The notes under the pieces: generated by a model
What the model saw: only the letters and a program-made list of their open reading frames with translations
What the model was told of the DNA's origin: nothing
Database searches by the model: none
Program-made: the position numbers and the translations under genes
Assembly: GCA_036172245.1 (NCBI GenBank)
Contig: JAYWIR010000002.1
Coordinates: 744,001-808,000 of the forward strand
Length of the DNA stretch: 64,000 nucleotides
Direction of reading: 5' to 3'
DNA from: Raillietiella orientalis
Taxonomy: Eukaryota
Shown here: positions 1-12,099 of the stretch, piece after piece
Position numbering within the stretch: position 1 is the stretch's first letter
Layout: each line of letters begins with the position of its first letter

Positions 1-599
1 ACATACATACGTGATGTCTGTCATGAAAGATAGTTTTTTTTTTTCTCTAATGAATACATCTTTCGGCGAGATCTCTAATGCGTCCGCCCGCCGCGCAAGA
101 CTGCGAGAAGATGCCGCGGTCCTGACGCAGTCACAATGCATTTTGTCCGCACCGCCTGCGCAGAGGATCGGATGCTTGGAACGGAAACAGTCTCCTAGGC
201 GACTTCGTGAAGTTCGCTCCCACAAGTAATTAGTGAGTTAAACTTTGACAGAAATTATGTAAATCAGTGTAAACAGGAAGGCGTGCGATCATTAATCAAG
301 ATTTCGCGAAGACTGCGAGGAACGCGTATCTGCAAAGATTGAAACCATTCTTCATCGGAATCCTTGTGCCACTGTCACGGTTATCGTAAAATATGCCGAA
401 AAGGTAAAGATTTTGGAATGGATCCCTCGCAAATAATTGCATTCAATTCATCACCTGCCCCGGGAAAAAACGAAGCAAAGATCATCAAGGAGATAAAGGG
501 CGGTATTCCAGTTCGGAAACTTCACGCGCCTTCCTGTCTTTTGAAACTTTATACAAACAAACGTATGTACGCTGCTTGCGTGAAAAATTCACATCGCGA

Positions 600-1900
600 T
601 TATATACAAAGTGTGAGGAGGAAAAAAGATTTTCCAATCAGCCGACTGGCAGATGCAGTTTCAGGATGAACTGCTTCTGAGTTCAGCAAACATCGCAGAT
701 TCCAGCAGCCGATCCCCGGTTCAGTCGAACTTTGTGCAAGCAAGGAATGCCCCGTCCTCCGAGGTCCTCCGATAATCGGTGAAGTCCCGGAGTTTCATTA
801 CGACCAAGCTTGAAATGGTCAGGAAACATGAATTTTATTAATGTGATCTGAAGATATAAAGTCTCCTTACCATTTATCGTGACTGCTGACCTCGATCTCG
901 TTAACTGCTCCTGAAGCATTTCATTACGAGCAGTGCGTCCACTTCCCGGTTCCGAAAACATGGGAATCTTAAATTCCGCAAGGCGATGCATTCGTTTTCC
1001 TTTTCCGAGCCAGCTCCGAAAGCCAAAAACCCATTTTCCCTATTCCTGCTCCACATTCACCGGTATCTGTGTATCTACGAGCACCACTTGCTGTGTAATC
1101 AACTTTCTTCGCTGCAGCGTAGGGAGCTGTGAACTGGAATTTCGGAAAATTCTTGGACCTTCTCAAAAGTTATGCATCTTCGTCTCGAAGATTTCAGCCA
1201 TCCTTTTATATTTGACCTCGTTGCTATTAGGATTGACCGCTGGCTGGAAAAAATAGCCAGATTACTTGAATACGGTATCGAATCTTTTTCATCATCAGGT
1301 GGGTCGGTTCTACAACATGATGGATGGTTTCTGTTTATCTTTTGAACTGTAGCTCATCTTCTGGAGTGTGTATTTTCATCTAGGAAATGCGATTTCTAGA
1401 AATCGAATGCTTCGTAGGAAACAGATTTATCCGCCGGTTAATTCTCAGTAACAGACATTCATCCAAGCGATTTGCTGATCAAAAATTATTCCTGCGCTCT
1501 CTTCAAAGTTCGTAATTGGGAGTATTTAGAAGTAATTTTGCACTCGCAGTCTTCGGTTCGTGCGACCGCCATTACAGTCACAGAAATGTTCCTTTCGAAA
1601 CCCATTTTTTCCTCTTGACTTCATAAACAGAAGGAGTTTGAAGAATTTTGAACAATAAGTGAGACTTTGAAACAAACAAAAAAAAAAAAAATGATAGAGC
1701 ACCTCCTTCCCCGTAGGGGATTTATCTGAATGGAGAGATCGCTCAAGAAGCTGAAGACGGCTGCAAAAGGTGGATTGTTCGATGTTCCTGAAGATGGCAG
1801 CACCACAAATGGTTGCTTCATCACGAGAGGTCTTAACAAGGTTCATCTCAGCGAGATCAACCTCTTCCGTGAAGAACAGCAGCAGCACTCCAAAGGCCAA
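600..1900 (-). mobile_element. Decayed R2-like non-LTR retrotransposon, RT and post-RT fragment
   Basis: ORF 1526..1900(-) has 'DKSPTGKEVLYHF' (RT domain 0, KSPGPDG-like) and 'KNGFRKEHFCDCNG' (domain 2, Q.GF..GC-like). ORF 683..991(-) has 'LSEDLGGRGIPCL' (post-RT GGLGIP-like). Frameshifted. Confidence 0.6.
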
Positions 1901-2499
1901 AAGAACGGTTGCTGAGTGGGTACGCGATTACGAAAACGCATTAAGCGAGTCTTAAACGAATATTAGCAGTCATGCTGCTGCAGTAGAGATTCATTACATC
2001 GTTACAATAAAATGAATTGCCGGTGCATCAGTACGTTATAGAATATCATCGTTGTAACGTGACACAGAGATCCCCGTTAATTATCCTACTGACTCATTAC
2101 AGTGCAGTGCTGTTAAACGAGTCACGGTAATTTACTTGCAGCCCCGTATTGCGTTGCATTTCCGATACAGCGGTAAAGCAAGCAGAGGAAGGTGGCCTTT
2201 CCGCAATCCGCCTCTTTACACTCACTATACATTGAAAATAAGCTTCACGAGTCACTCCCACTTTCTACATGCAAACGCGAATGAACATCGGAATTTCAGA
2301 TTTCGCAGGAGATTCGTAATCCTCGAGTAACTTCGAAGCACGCAGGAGATTAGAATTTCCAATGAGAGCAAAGGATACGTGCGCGCCAGGGTATCTTGTT
2401 GCCTCTTTCAGGTTTTATGATGCCTCAGATCTTACCAGAGTTCGCGAGGCATCTGCGGGAGAATCGCACGAGAAAATTGTATAATGAGTGCAGGATAAC

Positions 2500-3830
2500 G
2501 CCATCAGAACTTTCTTCAAGAGGAGAAGCCAATCAAAGTTTCGCGTCAAGTAGGTCATAGGAAGCTCACTGCATCGGAGACCAGCGACGGCAGAGTGGTC
2601 CTCTCTATGCAGGGTCAACAGCGCGTTGGCTTCGGGACGAAGGAAAGCAGTACTACTGGTCCTGGGTCAGAAGCTGGGCCAGAACGGATCCGAATTTTTC
2701 GTCAGACGAACCGAGGACCAGTAGTACTGCTTTTCCGAGGACGACAGCGTTTCGTTCTTTCTCTATGGAGAGATCTTTATTTTCACGAACGGATTACCTT
2801 AAACGAAGAAGCAGCTGACCCGTCAAAAGGAAATTCATTCTTAACCTGATAACGATCGGAACGAGCTCAGTGCTGACGGGACAGTGAAGACCAAACCTGA
2901 GCGTTTTCTTGCAAACTTTCTTTTCTCTTTTTTCTGGTCATCCAAAATCCAGAATGATCAGATAAGAGTAACGATTCGTGAAAATGCTTGGCTGCTGCTG
3001 ACGCCGGAGTGCGTTTCCGTTCCAATTACTTACCCTCGATATGTAAACAAAAAAATAAAAATAAAATGAAAGGTACAAAGTGGAACTCTTAATCGTTTGA
3101 TTTATACTGAATAAAGTTGAGGAGGAATATTTTCATGAGGTTTTACCTACGGCCTTTGCTTTCATCTTCATTTTCGACCAACAAATGTCATCAATCTTGT
3201 TTTGCTTAGTAACTCAGATTCCAAGGATTTTTTCGTTCTCTTTAAAGAGCCTGAATTGTGGAAAATGCGATCTTCACGACCTAGCACAGTGTTACCACAT
3301 AGCCGGTATTTTACTGGCTTGCTGAAGTGTTGCGTCATCGTGACGTCATACGGTCAACTTCAGGCTAACGTGTTAGAGATCCATTGAAAAGACTCCTGTC
3401 TTTTCAATGGACTCAAAATCTACATGAGCTAAACGGGGTTTAGCACTTCTTCCTGGATTAGCCGGTTCCTTGGAAAGTCTGCTACTGTAGTGGGTTTGGA
3501 AATGCCCTCATCCAAGAGATGCACACACCGTCCTTATAAATGAAATCTTTGAACTCATCAGCAATAGAGAAGGGGAAACACGGTTTCCATGGACTCCTAC
3601 TGCCAGGTTGCGAGAGTCCGTTCTCCTTTAATAAATTTCATTTCATTCTTCTCCTAATTCCGTAAGACATCCTTTCCTTGAGATGAAGTGGCTACAGGAA
3701 GAGGGTTCGTTTCCTCTTCCCCTTCCAGCGGATCATCCCCGGATTTCGATCCTTTCCACATGCTACAGGATGGATTAAGCCCGTAGGGGATTAGGTTCGC
3801 TCCTGATCAGCACAAGGACTTTTTTTAATT
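2500..3830 (+). mobile_element. Probable decayed 3' part of an R2-like element with diverged 3' UTR
   Basis: cttcctggattagccggttcc (~3447-3470) resembles the family UTR motif tccttcctggaatcaaggagctggttgcc at 17233. The end near 3780-3815 (agccc...ggttc...tcagcac) weakly resembles the family terminus. Upstream coding motifs are weak. Confidence 0.35.
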
Positions 3831-4149
3831 CGTTCCTTGTTTCCAGAGAGATGCCCGTCTCCCTTCCTCTTTCATTTTCTTTTAACTCTGTCCATTCGAC
3901 ACTACGACATACGGTTCCAATTTTTTTTTTTTTTTTTTTAACTGTTCGTCCACCTGGTGGACCCAGCTATCGGGTCATGCTCTGCCATCTCCTGCTTGTT
4001 CGGGATGCTATACCTCCACTCATCACTTGTCTCCCCACAAGCCAGAAGACTCGCGACACTTTGCATCTCTTCGGGTGCTGCGGGATCCTTTTGCTGCTCC
4101 GCATTCTTCGCCTGCTCTCCCTCGCTTTCTGGGTGCTTGGCAGACTCTC

Positions 4150-4460
4150 CAGAACCGTCCTAAGATGCATCGGAAGATGCGCACGAGAGAATTCGGAAGC
4201 AGAAAACGAAGGCGCGGTCCATCACTCCTCTTCTCTCTCGGTTCTTCCCGCTCACGACCAAGAGGATCATCTTCGACCCGTCTGCTCACCTCCTGGATCA
4301 ATCTTGGCTCCGCTTCGGAAAAGTGGTGTGCGATGCCAGGTCCATCCGCGTGGGGCTCTCTCGTTGAAGAGCGACTCGCCAGGGCCAATGTCTGCCCTCA
4401 CGAGAGGGGAACGCACTGCAAAAAAATGAAAAGGAAAGGAGGGAATTTTCTTCTGGGAGC
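4150..4460 (+). mobile_element. R2-like N-terminal zinc finger / Myb remnant
   Basis: Frameshifted 'RCIGRCAR.FGSRK..AVHH' (C2H2-like) is followed by 'PSAWGSLVEERLARANV', resembling the R2 Myb motif W.EE..LAR. The DNA is similar to 8160-8282. Confidence 0.45.
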
Positions 4461-5999
4461 AGCTGGCAGACGAAAGGTCCAAAGAGACCGATGGAGATCG
4501 AAATGCCTTGGCGACCAACGTTGCATAGGTCCTGCACAGGAGGTCAGATCCCCAGAAGTTTCAAGGCGCCCCAAGGATGCTCCGGTGGGTGGGAGGAGTT
4601 GTTTTTCCACCCGACATTCCAAGAACCATTTCGGAAGGAGCCGCGAAAGATGCTGCTGGCATAGGAAGGGGAGGCGGATGGGATTCTCGGTTGCGGGTAT
4701 TCCGTCCAGTGGCGGGGGGCGGCCCGAGGGGGAGAAGCGGGGGAACCAACGAGATCACTGAAGCACGGCAAGTTCTAAAGAGTGGCCGGGCAGCCGCCAA
4801 GGGTGCGGCCACAATTCCGCACTTCCGGGAGGATGATGCTCTGCGGATGAGTCGGCTGCTCGTTCGGAGCTCGGAGAGGACGCGGTGAAGTTTTCCCAGA
4901 AGAGCCGAGCGGCAGCGACCGCAGCGGTTCCTTGCTGAGGTTGTGGACAAATCCTCGAAAACGCCTGGAGCCTGCGCGCGCGTCAAACGGGCCAATCGGA
5001 CGACGATTCCGAACTCGGGCGACCTCAGTGCGTGGATTTTTGAGAGGGCACGAACGAACGAACGGGTTTCGGAATCGGAGAAGGGGAGAGGAAGTGGGAG
5101 GAGGGGGAGGGAAGGAGAAAGTGAATTTCGATTTCTCGAGCGGGCTGGCACGCGCAGCATGAGAAAGCAGGTTTTCCTGTCGCTCGTTTTCGCGGCTGCG
5201 GATGACTTGGAGAGCCCCGGTGGCACACGGTCAGCGACTGTTCCACGAGAGCTGCCGGAATTCGATGGTGAGCGCGCGGGCGCCAAGATTTCGCTTTCGG
5301 CGGCTCATCCAGACAGGTATACCTCCAGGCAGCGCGTAACAACCAGCCACCACAACGCTCCAGAAACGAAATTCCCTCAGGTGTGAATTTTTCTTTCACT
5401 TCGGAATCGAGTCCTCGAAAGTTCCCGGAAATGCTGATGAGCACTTTCCCGAAGTTTCCCTCCCGCAGTCCGTTCCGGACCTTTCCTGGTGTGTTCGCGT
5501 TCAAGGGAGGCGCGGAAATTCAGCTCCTCCGCTCCGAGCCCACGAGGTTGCGTTTCCCCTGCACCCATTTTCGCGGAGGACCAATTTGTTCGCGGCAATT
5601 CGTGCGCTAGAGGCCGATACTCGGTCGAGGTCACGGAGGAAGCGCATCAACCGTTTCGGACCGTTTCGGAGGAAAGGGAAACGGACCAAGCACCGGAACA
5701 CTGCAAACTCGGCGAAGAGAGACGTTACTTTGAGATGAAGAGGGTGTGCCTCCGGAAGGAATGCGCAAAGGCGACCACTCACAAGAAATCCTTTGCGAAG
5801 ATCCCTAAACTCTCAAATGCCTGCCTGAGCTGGTATCGGCCTTGCTTCGTTCCCAAGGGAGCGCGGAGGCCGCGTCTTCAGGATGCAACTCTTTTCCAAA
5901 AATCTTAGAGAAAGGTCATCTCACAAAAAAAAGGTCAAGAACTGAGAGGATCGGGAATTCCCTCTCGGCTACTCAGGAAGATGGGCTCATGGTAGGTTC

Positions 6000-6740
6000 A
6001 TCCATCTTCCAATAGCATGGATCTCTGGACGCTCCGGAGGAGGAAGAATGCGTTTCCTCGAGAAGACCGAAACGTGTCAGGATGAGTTTCATGGCGTAAG
6101 AGGCAACGCATACAATCTGGAGCCACACTCTCTGAGCCATTGCTGCTCAAAGATAAACAACACTCTTTGATTTTATCCATATTTGTTGTTTGCAAAGAAT
6201 GCTACCGGGGAGACAGACAATGGCCCGAAGAATCTCTATCTTCCCCACAGTCAGTCTGACGTCTTCGTCTTCCTGTCGAGACCGTTTTGTGGGGAAGCTC
6301 TGCTTCGGACGGTGTCCCACTTGTGCTTCCAGTATGTCTTGGAAGCACTGTTTCTTAGAGAGTGCGTCATTTTTCTCCTGACGTGTTCTCAAGACGTCGA
6401 GTTCTCTCACAGCGCACCGTCTTCCTCGAGATCTCATGGACCCAGGGATCCCAAGACGGTTGCTGGCGCCGACGCAGTTAATCAGGAGTGAAATAGAGAG
6501 ATGTCCCTCTGTCTCCATCTCCTCCCATTGATGATTCGTGGAGCAAAAAGCTACGTCCCATGTGATCATCCCAGTTCTGCCTGAAGCGCTAGACCCATTC
6601 ACCGTCTGCAATCAATACCTAAAATGGGTCGATTCGAGGCAAGCAGCTTCCGTTGTGGTAAGGTAGTCCTCTTCGTCCGGCAGCCACTTCACCATACCTC
6701 TCGGGAATCGCACGTGAGCCGACAGCAGTGAAGTGGTTCG
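6000..6740 (-). mobile_element. Decayed non-LTR RT fragment (domains 2-4)
   Basis: The minus strand reads 'GRRGLPYHNGSC' (domain 2), then ORF 6147..6611 has 'MITWDVAFCSTNH' (D..KAFDSV.H-like) and 'LGIP'. Confidence 0.5.
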
Positions 6741-7049
6741 CAGGCAGGATGACTTCCCCACTCCTAGACATTTCTCCCCTCCCCACGTTTCACTTTTTGT
6801 TTACTTTATTCCTATCTCCGCGCGTTGGATGGACCTCGCCGGTCTTTGCACTGGCAGCCAGCAAGCTGTTTCTCACCCGGGTGCGCCGAGGCGTTTATTC
6901 CTAAACTATCCAGGAACAGAGTTCCCGGACACAGAAGAAACGAAGGTAGGGATCCCCGACACGCAGGTTGGTCGGTAAAACGAAATAAACCGGTAAACCA
7001 GCAAGCTGTTGTGATGTGGTGAGCCCTTGGGTTCAGCACAAGAAAATGT

Positions 7050-7700
7050 AATTGTGTTTTTATTTTCATAAATAACTGCTCCAGCACATCCGGGTGTTAA
7101 GCAAGATGACTTCCTGCCCACGCACGGCGTCGTCCAAAAAGACTGTACATGCCGGCGTGTTTTCCCCTCGAGCTCCGAACACCAAGAGAAGAACCGTCCG
7201 ACACGGCGTTCCCTAGTCCGCACGCTTTGGGCCATTCTGCCTACGAGAAAGCGGGCGGCGTCCGGTCTGCCAGCCATCAGCCCTGGCCAGCGTTTGGGTG
7301 ACTAGAAACTCCTAGAGTTCCTACCTTTCTCTTGAAAGGGCGAACGAGCGCAGATGCGGGATGCGGTTTGTGGACTCCTCATGCGCCAAACACCTGCGAA
7401 TGCGATCGCTGATGCTCCTGTTGGCCGCTGCTCTCGCCGGTCGAGCCGCGCCCCATAATGAAAGAGTTGGCCCCCAAATTTCGAGTGCACGGCATTAAGT
7501 GCAGTGTGGCAAACGGTATCATGTGACCCAGGACGAGAGCTGTTGGTCAGTGGGCACAATATGTCGACTTGCTTCCGTAGTCTTCCGTCTTTGGAAGTTG
7601 ACTGGAACTTTCCCTCGGTAGGCCGAACGGAAGATGCCACCAGCGGGTAGAACACGCTCGGCTGCAAGAATCACGAGAGCAGCTGCAAGCATTTCGGCCA
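7050..7700 (-). mobile_element. R2-like CCHC/RLE 3' fragment
   Basis: ORF 7302..7667(-) has 'DILCPLTNSSRPGSHDTVCH' (HIL..CP...RH+.V after the knuckle), and ORF 6906..7277(-) has 'FLVGR'. The fragment ends in an A-rich stretch (minus strand) near 7060. Confidence 0.55.
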
Positions 7701-8049
7701 ATGGGGAGGAGGAGAGGATGAACGTCACCTAAGCAGCCTAAGAGGAGGACTGAGATCTGGAAAAAATGGCACCTGGGTCGAATTGAAACAGAGCAGCTTG
7801 AACAGTCCAGTGACCTGCCCTAAAGTTGCTTTTGCCGAGCACTCAAAGGAGGAAAGTGAAAGCGGTGAGCAGACGTTTTGTAGGTGAGTGGGTTCCGCGC
7901 CGTTGGGAGGTTCTACGCGGTCCAGCAGTGTGGAGAGGCCGTCTCTGAGAGAACCGAACAGCCTTCTCGTCGAGTCTTTGGCGGTTTAAGATTCCGAAAA
8001 TTCTTTAGCAGGTTTTGATGCCAAGCGGAGGCTCCTCTCCATGGTGAGC

Positions 8050-8300
8050 GTGCAGACGGACGAGGCGGAACGTTTCTTCCTTTCAGCATCCTCCGGGTAG
8101 TTGTGCCTCGAGGCTGAAGCCTCCTATCCACGGAATCCGGGAGTGTGCCGTCGCGGTGGGAGATGCCGAGTCCCATCCGCGTGGGGTTCTCTCAGTGAAG
8201 AGCGACTCGCCAGGGGAGCTGTCCTACCCGTATGAGGCGGAAAAAACGCACAGCAAAGGATGAAAAGGAGAGAAGGGAATTGCCTCCTCTTGCCAGCGGG
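8050..8300 (+). mobile_element. Second R2-like N-terminal Myb remnant
   Basis: The block ccatccgcgtggggttctctcagtgaagagcgactcgccaggg is near-identical to 4342-4384 and translates as 'PSAWGSLSEERLARG'. Confidence 0.45.
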
Positions 8301-9149
8301 TGGTGCGATAAGCGCTGCAAGCGCGATCTTGCCTGCGAGAGCACGCTCGGAAGGGATGGAGACCCCGTATGTGCCTTCAAGAGGTGCGTGGTTGTCATGG
8401 CGTCCAAGGCTTCCCCTCCTTTCTCTCTGAAACCCGACTGAATCTTCCAGGTGGGCGAAAGGTTCTGTCTACCGGAGCGACGTGCTTAGCGCCCCCCTCC
8501 TTCTCGGACGTGGACCTCGAAATCGTTGCTAGGAAACCGACTGCCCCGGATTTTTTCTTTGCGCTCTTCGGTTTTCCGAGGGAAGCAAAAACAAAAAAAC
8601 GGGAGTCACCGTTCGGTGATTTCGGGCTACTCGACGGGACGTTTGGGGGATGCAAGATGCCAGTTCCAGAAAGGTCGAATCTTCAGACTCCGGAAGAGCG
8701 CCTGGAAGAGTAGGAAGGAAATTTCAGCCACGCTGGGTCACTAGGAATTTCCTGGGGGGAGAGAGAGAAACAAGCAGTTTCCTCGGATGATGCCAAGCGA
8801 CCGAAGGAAGGTGAGTGAAATCCTTTTTCCGGGGATCACTTCCCGTCCGACTTTGCGGAACAGGAAGTGAAGTCAAGGGGGACGATTCGGGATTTCACGC
8901 TGCAAATGCCGACGGCGAGAAAGAGGAGGCGGCAGATCTGCTGCATGCAGGACTCGCTTTCTGGGAAGAAGACGGACGAGCTGAGAATTCGGAGGAAGCT
9001 GCAGGGAGGGTAGCTACCGATTATCTTCAAAGATGGGAGTATGTGGAGTCCGCTGATCTCCAGGAGAGGGAAGGAAAAAAAAGGGGGTGGGGGTGGGAAG
9101 AGTCTTTCACGTCGCCGTCCCCTCATTCCGGAAACCGGCAGCCCTGGAA

Positions 9150-9800
9150 ACAGAATGCACAACCGGAGGAACTCCCCACTCCTTGATTCCTGGAAGGACC
9201 CGAAGGTCGACTCCCATTGTTCCGGCCTTCATCGGGGGGCTTCCGTTTTTAACCGCTACAGGTTCTGCACCCGAATGTTTGTAGACCAGCCAGCGCCATC
9301 TTTCAGGAGGAACTCGGAACCCAACGACACGGTGGCGTCAGTTTCTGCCGGAGTATTCGAACCCGCGACGCATGGTGTCACGCGCGGAAGCCGTAACCAC
9401 AAAGCCTCCCGAAGCGGGCGACCCTCCCACTCTTTTGCAGAGCTCAGAGAGGGCCATCTCTCTCAGGCGGCGTCTTTCGAAGGCGCAGAGATGCTTTAGA
9501 GGTGGGAGAAGAAGACGTCGATCGGGAAGAACGATCCCAGCAGCACCCGAAGAGTGCAGACGCCTCCCGCGGGGCTGATACAGCCAAACCGGGGATGTTT
9601 GAGACTCTGATCCCATCGCTCCATTTCTTGAACGTGGAGACTCCCCCGCTCTCCCCGAAGAGCTGAAAGCCGGCGGCCTCCTTCCAAGAAGGGCGAGAAT
9701 CGGGAGCTGCTCCGAGCATCTCTCGTACCTCACTTGCCTCCTCCGGAAGAGCAGTTCCACGCCCGCTTGAGTCCGGCACCTGCTGCCGGCCGCGTGTGAC
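9150..9800 (-). mobile_element. R2-like RLE end plus start of the 3' UTR
   Basis: ORF 9444..9980(-) has 'NIPGLAVS' (PD-motif-like) and ORF 9338..9961(-) has 'GFVVTASAR'. DNA 9355-9400 matches 56632-56680, and ctccttgattcctggaaggacc (9179) matches 56463. Confidence 0.55.
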
Positions 9801-10399
9801 GAGTTCCGGCGCGCAACTGCGCGCGCGGCTGGTTTTACGGAACGAGGCTCGCGCATGCGCGCGCGTGCTTCCGACCATAGCAGTGCCATGCTCGGAGCGC
9901 GCCCGAAACCAAAGCAAACAAAACAAAACAAACAAGAGAAAAGCAAGCAAAAGAAAAGCAAAAATAAATAAACGGCTCACGCGCGTGCAGGCGTAATGAA
10001 GGGAGGGGGAGGGGGAGGAAATGCCTTTTTTTTTTTTTGTCTGATTTTTCGAGATTCACGCATCGAAGGGGGGGAGAAAGACAAAACACACACACACACT
10101 CTGGTGGTTTCAGCCGGGTTGAAAAATTGCGAGCAGCACTCCTCTTGATTTCTCTCTTCGGCGCACGACGCTCCTCATCAGGGAAAGACGGACGCAAACA
10201 AGTGCCGGCGCTGCCCGTGCTTCCCGCGTTGTTTTGCTGCCCCCCTCCTCGCGCTTGCGGGCTCCTGACCTGCCCGACGCAACCTCGCCACATAACAGAA
10301 GCTCCGGCCATTTCTTGCATGCGAGGACCATCTCCGCAGCTTCCCAGCTGATTCAATTATTTGACCAGCAGTAGGTGTAAAGGCGTAACTCATGCGTCA

Positions 10400-12000
10400 T
10401 ATCAACAAGATGATTTATCGCTTCCCCTCACGGAAAAAAGAGCAGGTAACTCTTCAAAACTTGACTGCTCCTCAATTAACCTGCTGTGTCTTTATGGACC
10501 CGGGAGATAAGGGATCGTTTTGTCATCTAACTGGCTGAGATCCCGCGAAAAAGCTTCTTGAGAATTAGCAGCGGTCAGAGCACAGCGGGTTGATCAACCT
10601 GGTCCCGGAGGCTAAGTGATTTAGATGGTTGCTCCGGGCGAGCACATCCCGGCTGCTCCGCCGCGGGTATCACGTTCCCTGTGAGTTATTGTTGTTCCCG
10701 GGGAGCGTGAGGGAGGGAGTCGCGCGTCTTCCTGTGGACGGTTAGCAAACCGTCTCACGTCCGGTCGCCGCCATGCTAGGAGGCACAGAGGTCTTCCCCG
10801 GCGAGCGTGCGAGCGGGAAGGGGGAGGTTCGCGGGAGGGGGAATCACCGGTTCCACGGCGGGCTCGCTGCTGCCGGTGATCCCCGGCGCGGCCGTTGGAA
10901 GACCGCACCACGCGAGCAGAGTCGTAAAGGAGGACGAAAAGGGCGGTCTTGCCGGGGGTCAGCAGATCCGCGCGATCTGTCCCGGCGGGAGCGAAGGCCC
11001 GATGCATCTTCGAGCGACGTCTCGGAACGGTGGGAGGATGAAACTGAGCTCTCGTGCCTCTGCTCTCCCGACGGCCGTCGGTTCTCTCTGCTTGCGCAAC
11101 GGACGGACGAAGCGGTCTTAAAGAACCTGAAGACTCTACGTGCCATCTGAAGGAGATGCTGGAGGCTCAGGAGCATTTCCAGCGACAGGACAGCCCTCTC
11201 CTGAAGCGACGCCTCCCGATGTTCCCGTCCCGTTTCTCTTTCCTTTTTGCGCATTCCTAGGCCGTTTTTCTTTGCACTGGTTCCTGAGCAGCTTTACTGC
11301 CGCACCGACAAAGCGTGCGCGTGGGCGTGCGCGTGGGCGTGCGCATGCGCGTGCGTGTATGCTCCTTTTCAAACTGGTGCTTAGTGGCGTGTTTACCAAG
11401 CTCCCGACTGGACTTCCATCAAAGTTTCGCCCTCCCCCGCAGGAAGATTTTGGGAAGGAGGCGAGATGTTCAAAGCGCGCGCTCACTTCCGTGCTGCTCT
11501 TCTTGCCTAATCGCGCATTTTCTCTGCTTTACTTTTTGGACGGTGCTCGTGGAGCCTCGCGGACGCGTTCGCTGGAAGGAGATCCTCCGCACCGCCGTCG
11601 TCAGGGAAGAAGCACTGAACAGAGGTCTTCCGCGCGTTCCGCGCAAGCACCCCGTCACGAAGCGTTCCAGAAGGTACGACCTGACGCGGGAGAGGGCGTT
11701 GCTCGTCGTTTGGTAGTCACCGATGGAGAAATCTGTTTGGAAGAAGAGAGCAAGATAAAAAAGATTCTGTACCAATCTTTCCTCCAGAGGAACCTTAACG
11801 CTTGCAGAAACGACGTCACTGGGAGCCCGGAATACTCAGGAGACGTCGAGATCGCCTTGGTTCCGTGCGTGAGGACGGGAGGCCTTCATGCATGCAAGTA
11901 CCAGCCATCCGTAATCTTTTGTCCGTCCATTTGTATTCCGACGGCGCTTACGAGAATCACCAGGAAACCAGGAACTTCTCACCAGGAACGAGATGCGCCG
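10400..12000 (+). mobile_element. Decayed R2-like RT and C-terminal region
   Basis: Motifs appear in collinear order: 'VFMDPG...FCH' (~10490, domain 3), 'FPGSVREG' (~10695, GV+QG), 'LAAAGD' (~10865, YADD-like) and 'LLFLPNRAFSLLYFLDGARG' (~11500, WL.LP...GG.G). Confidence 0.5.
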
Positions 12001-12099
12001 CGAACGTATCTTTTAGGTGTATGCATGAGCCCCGAGTACATATGGATGTTTATGCATACGTAAATATATAGGAATATTCAATGGGATGGAGGCAACGAC

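Noticed and set aside
11140..12063. 307-aa ORF as a host gene
   Set aside because: It reads through a (GCGT)n-type microsatellite, and its only recognisable part is an R2-like post-RT motif.
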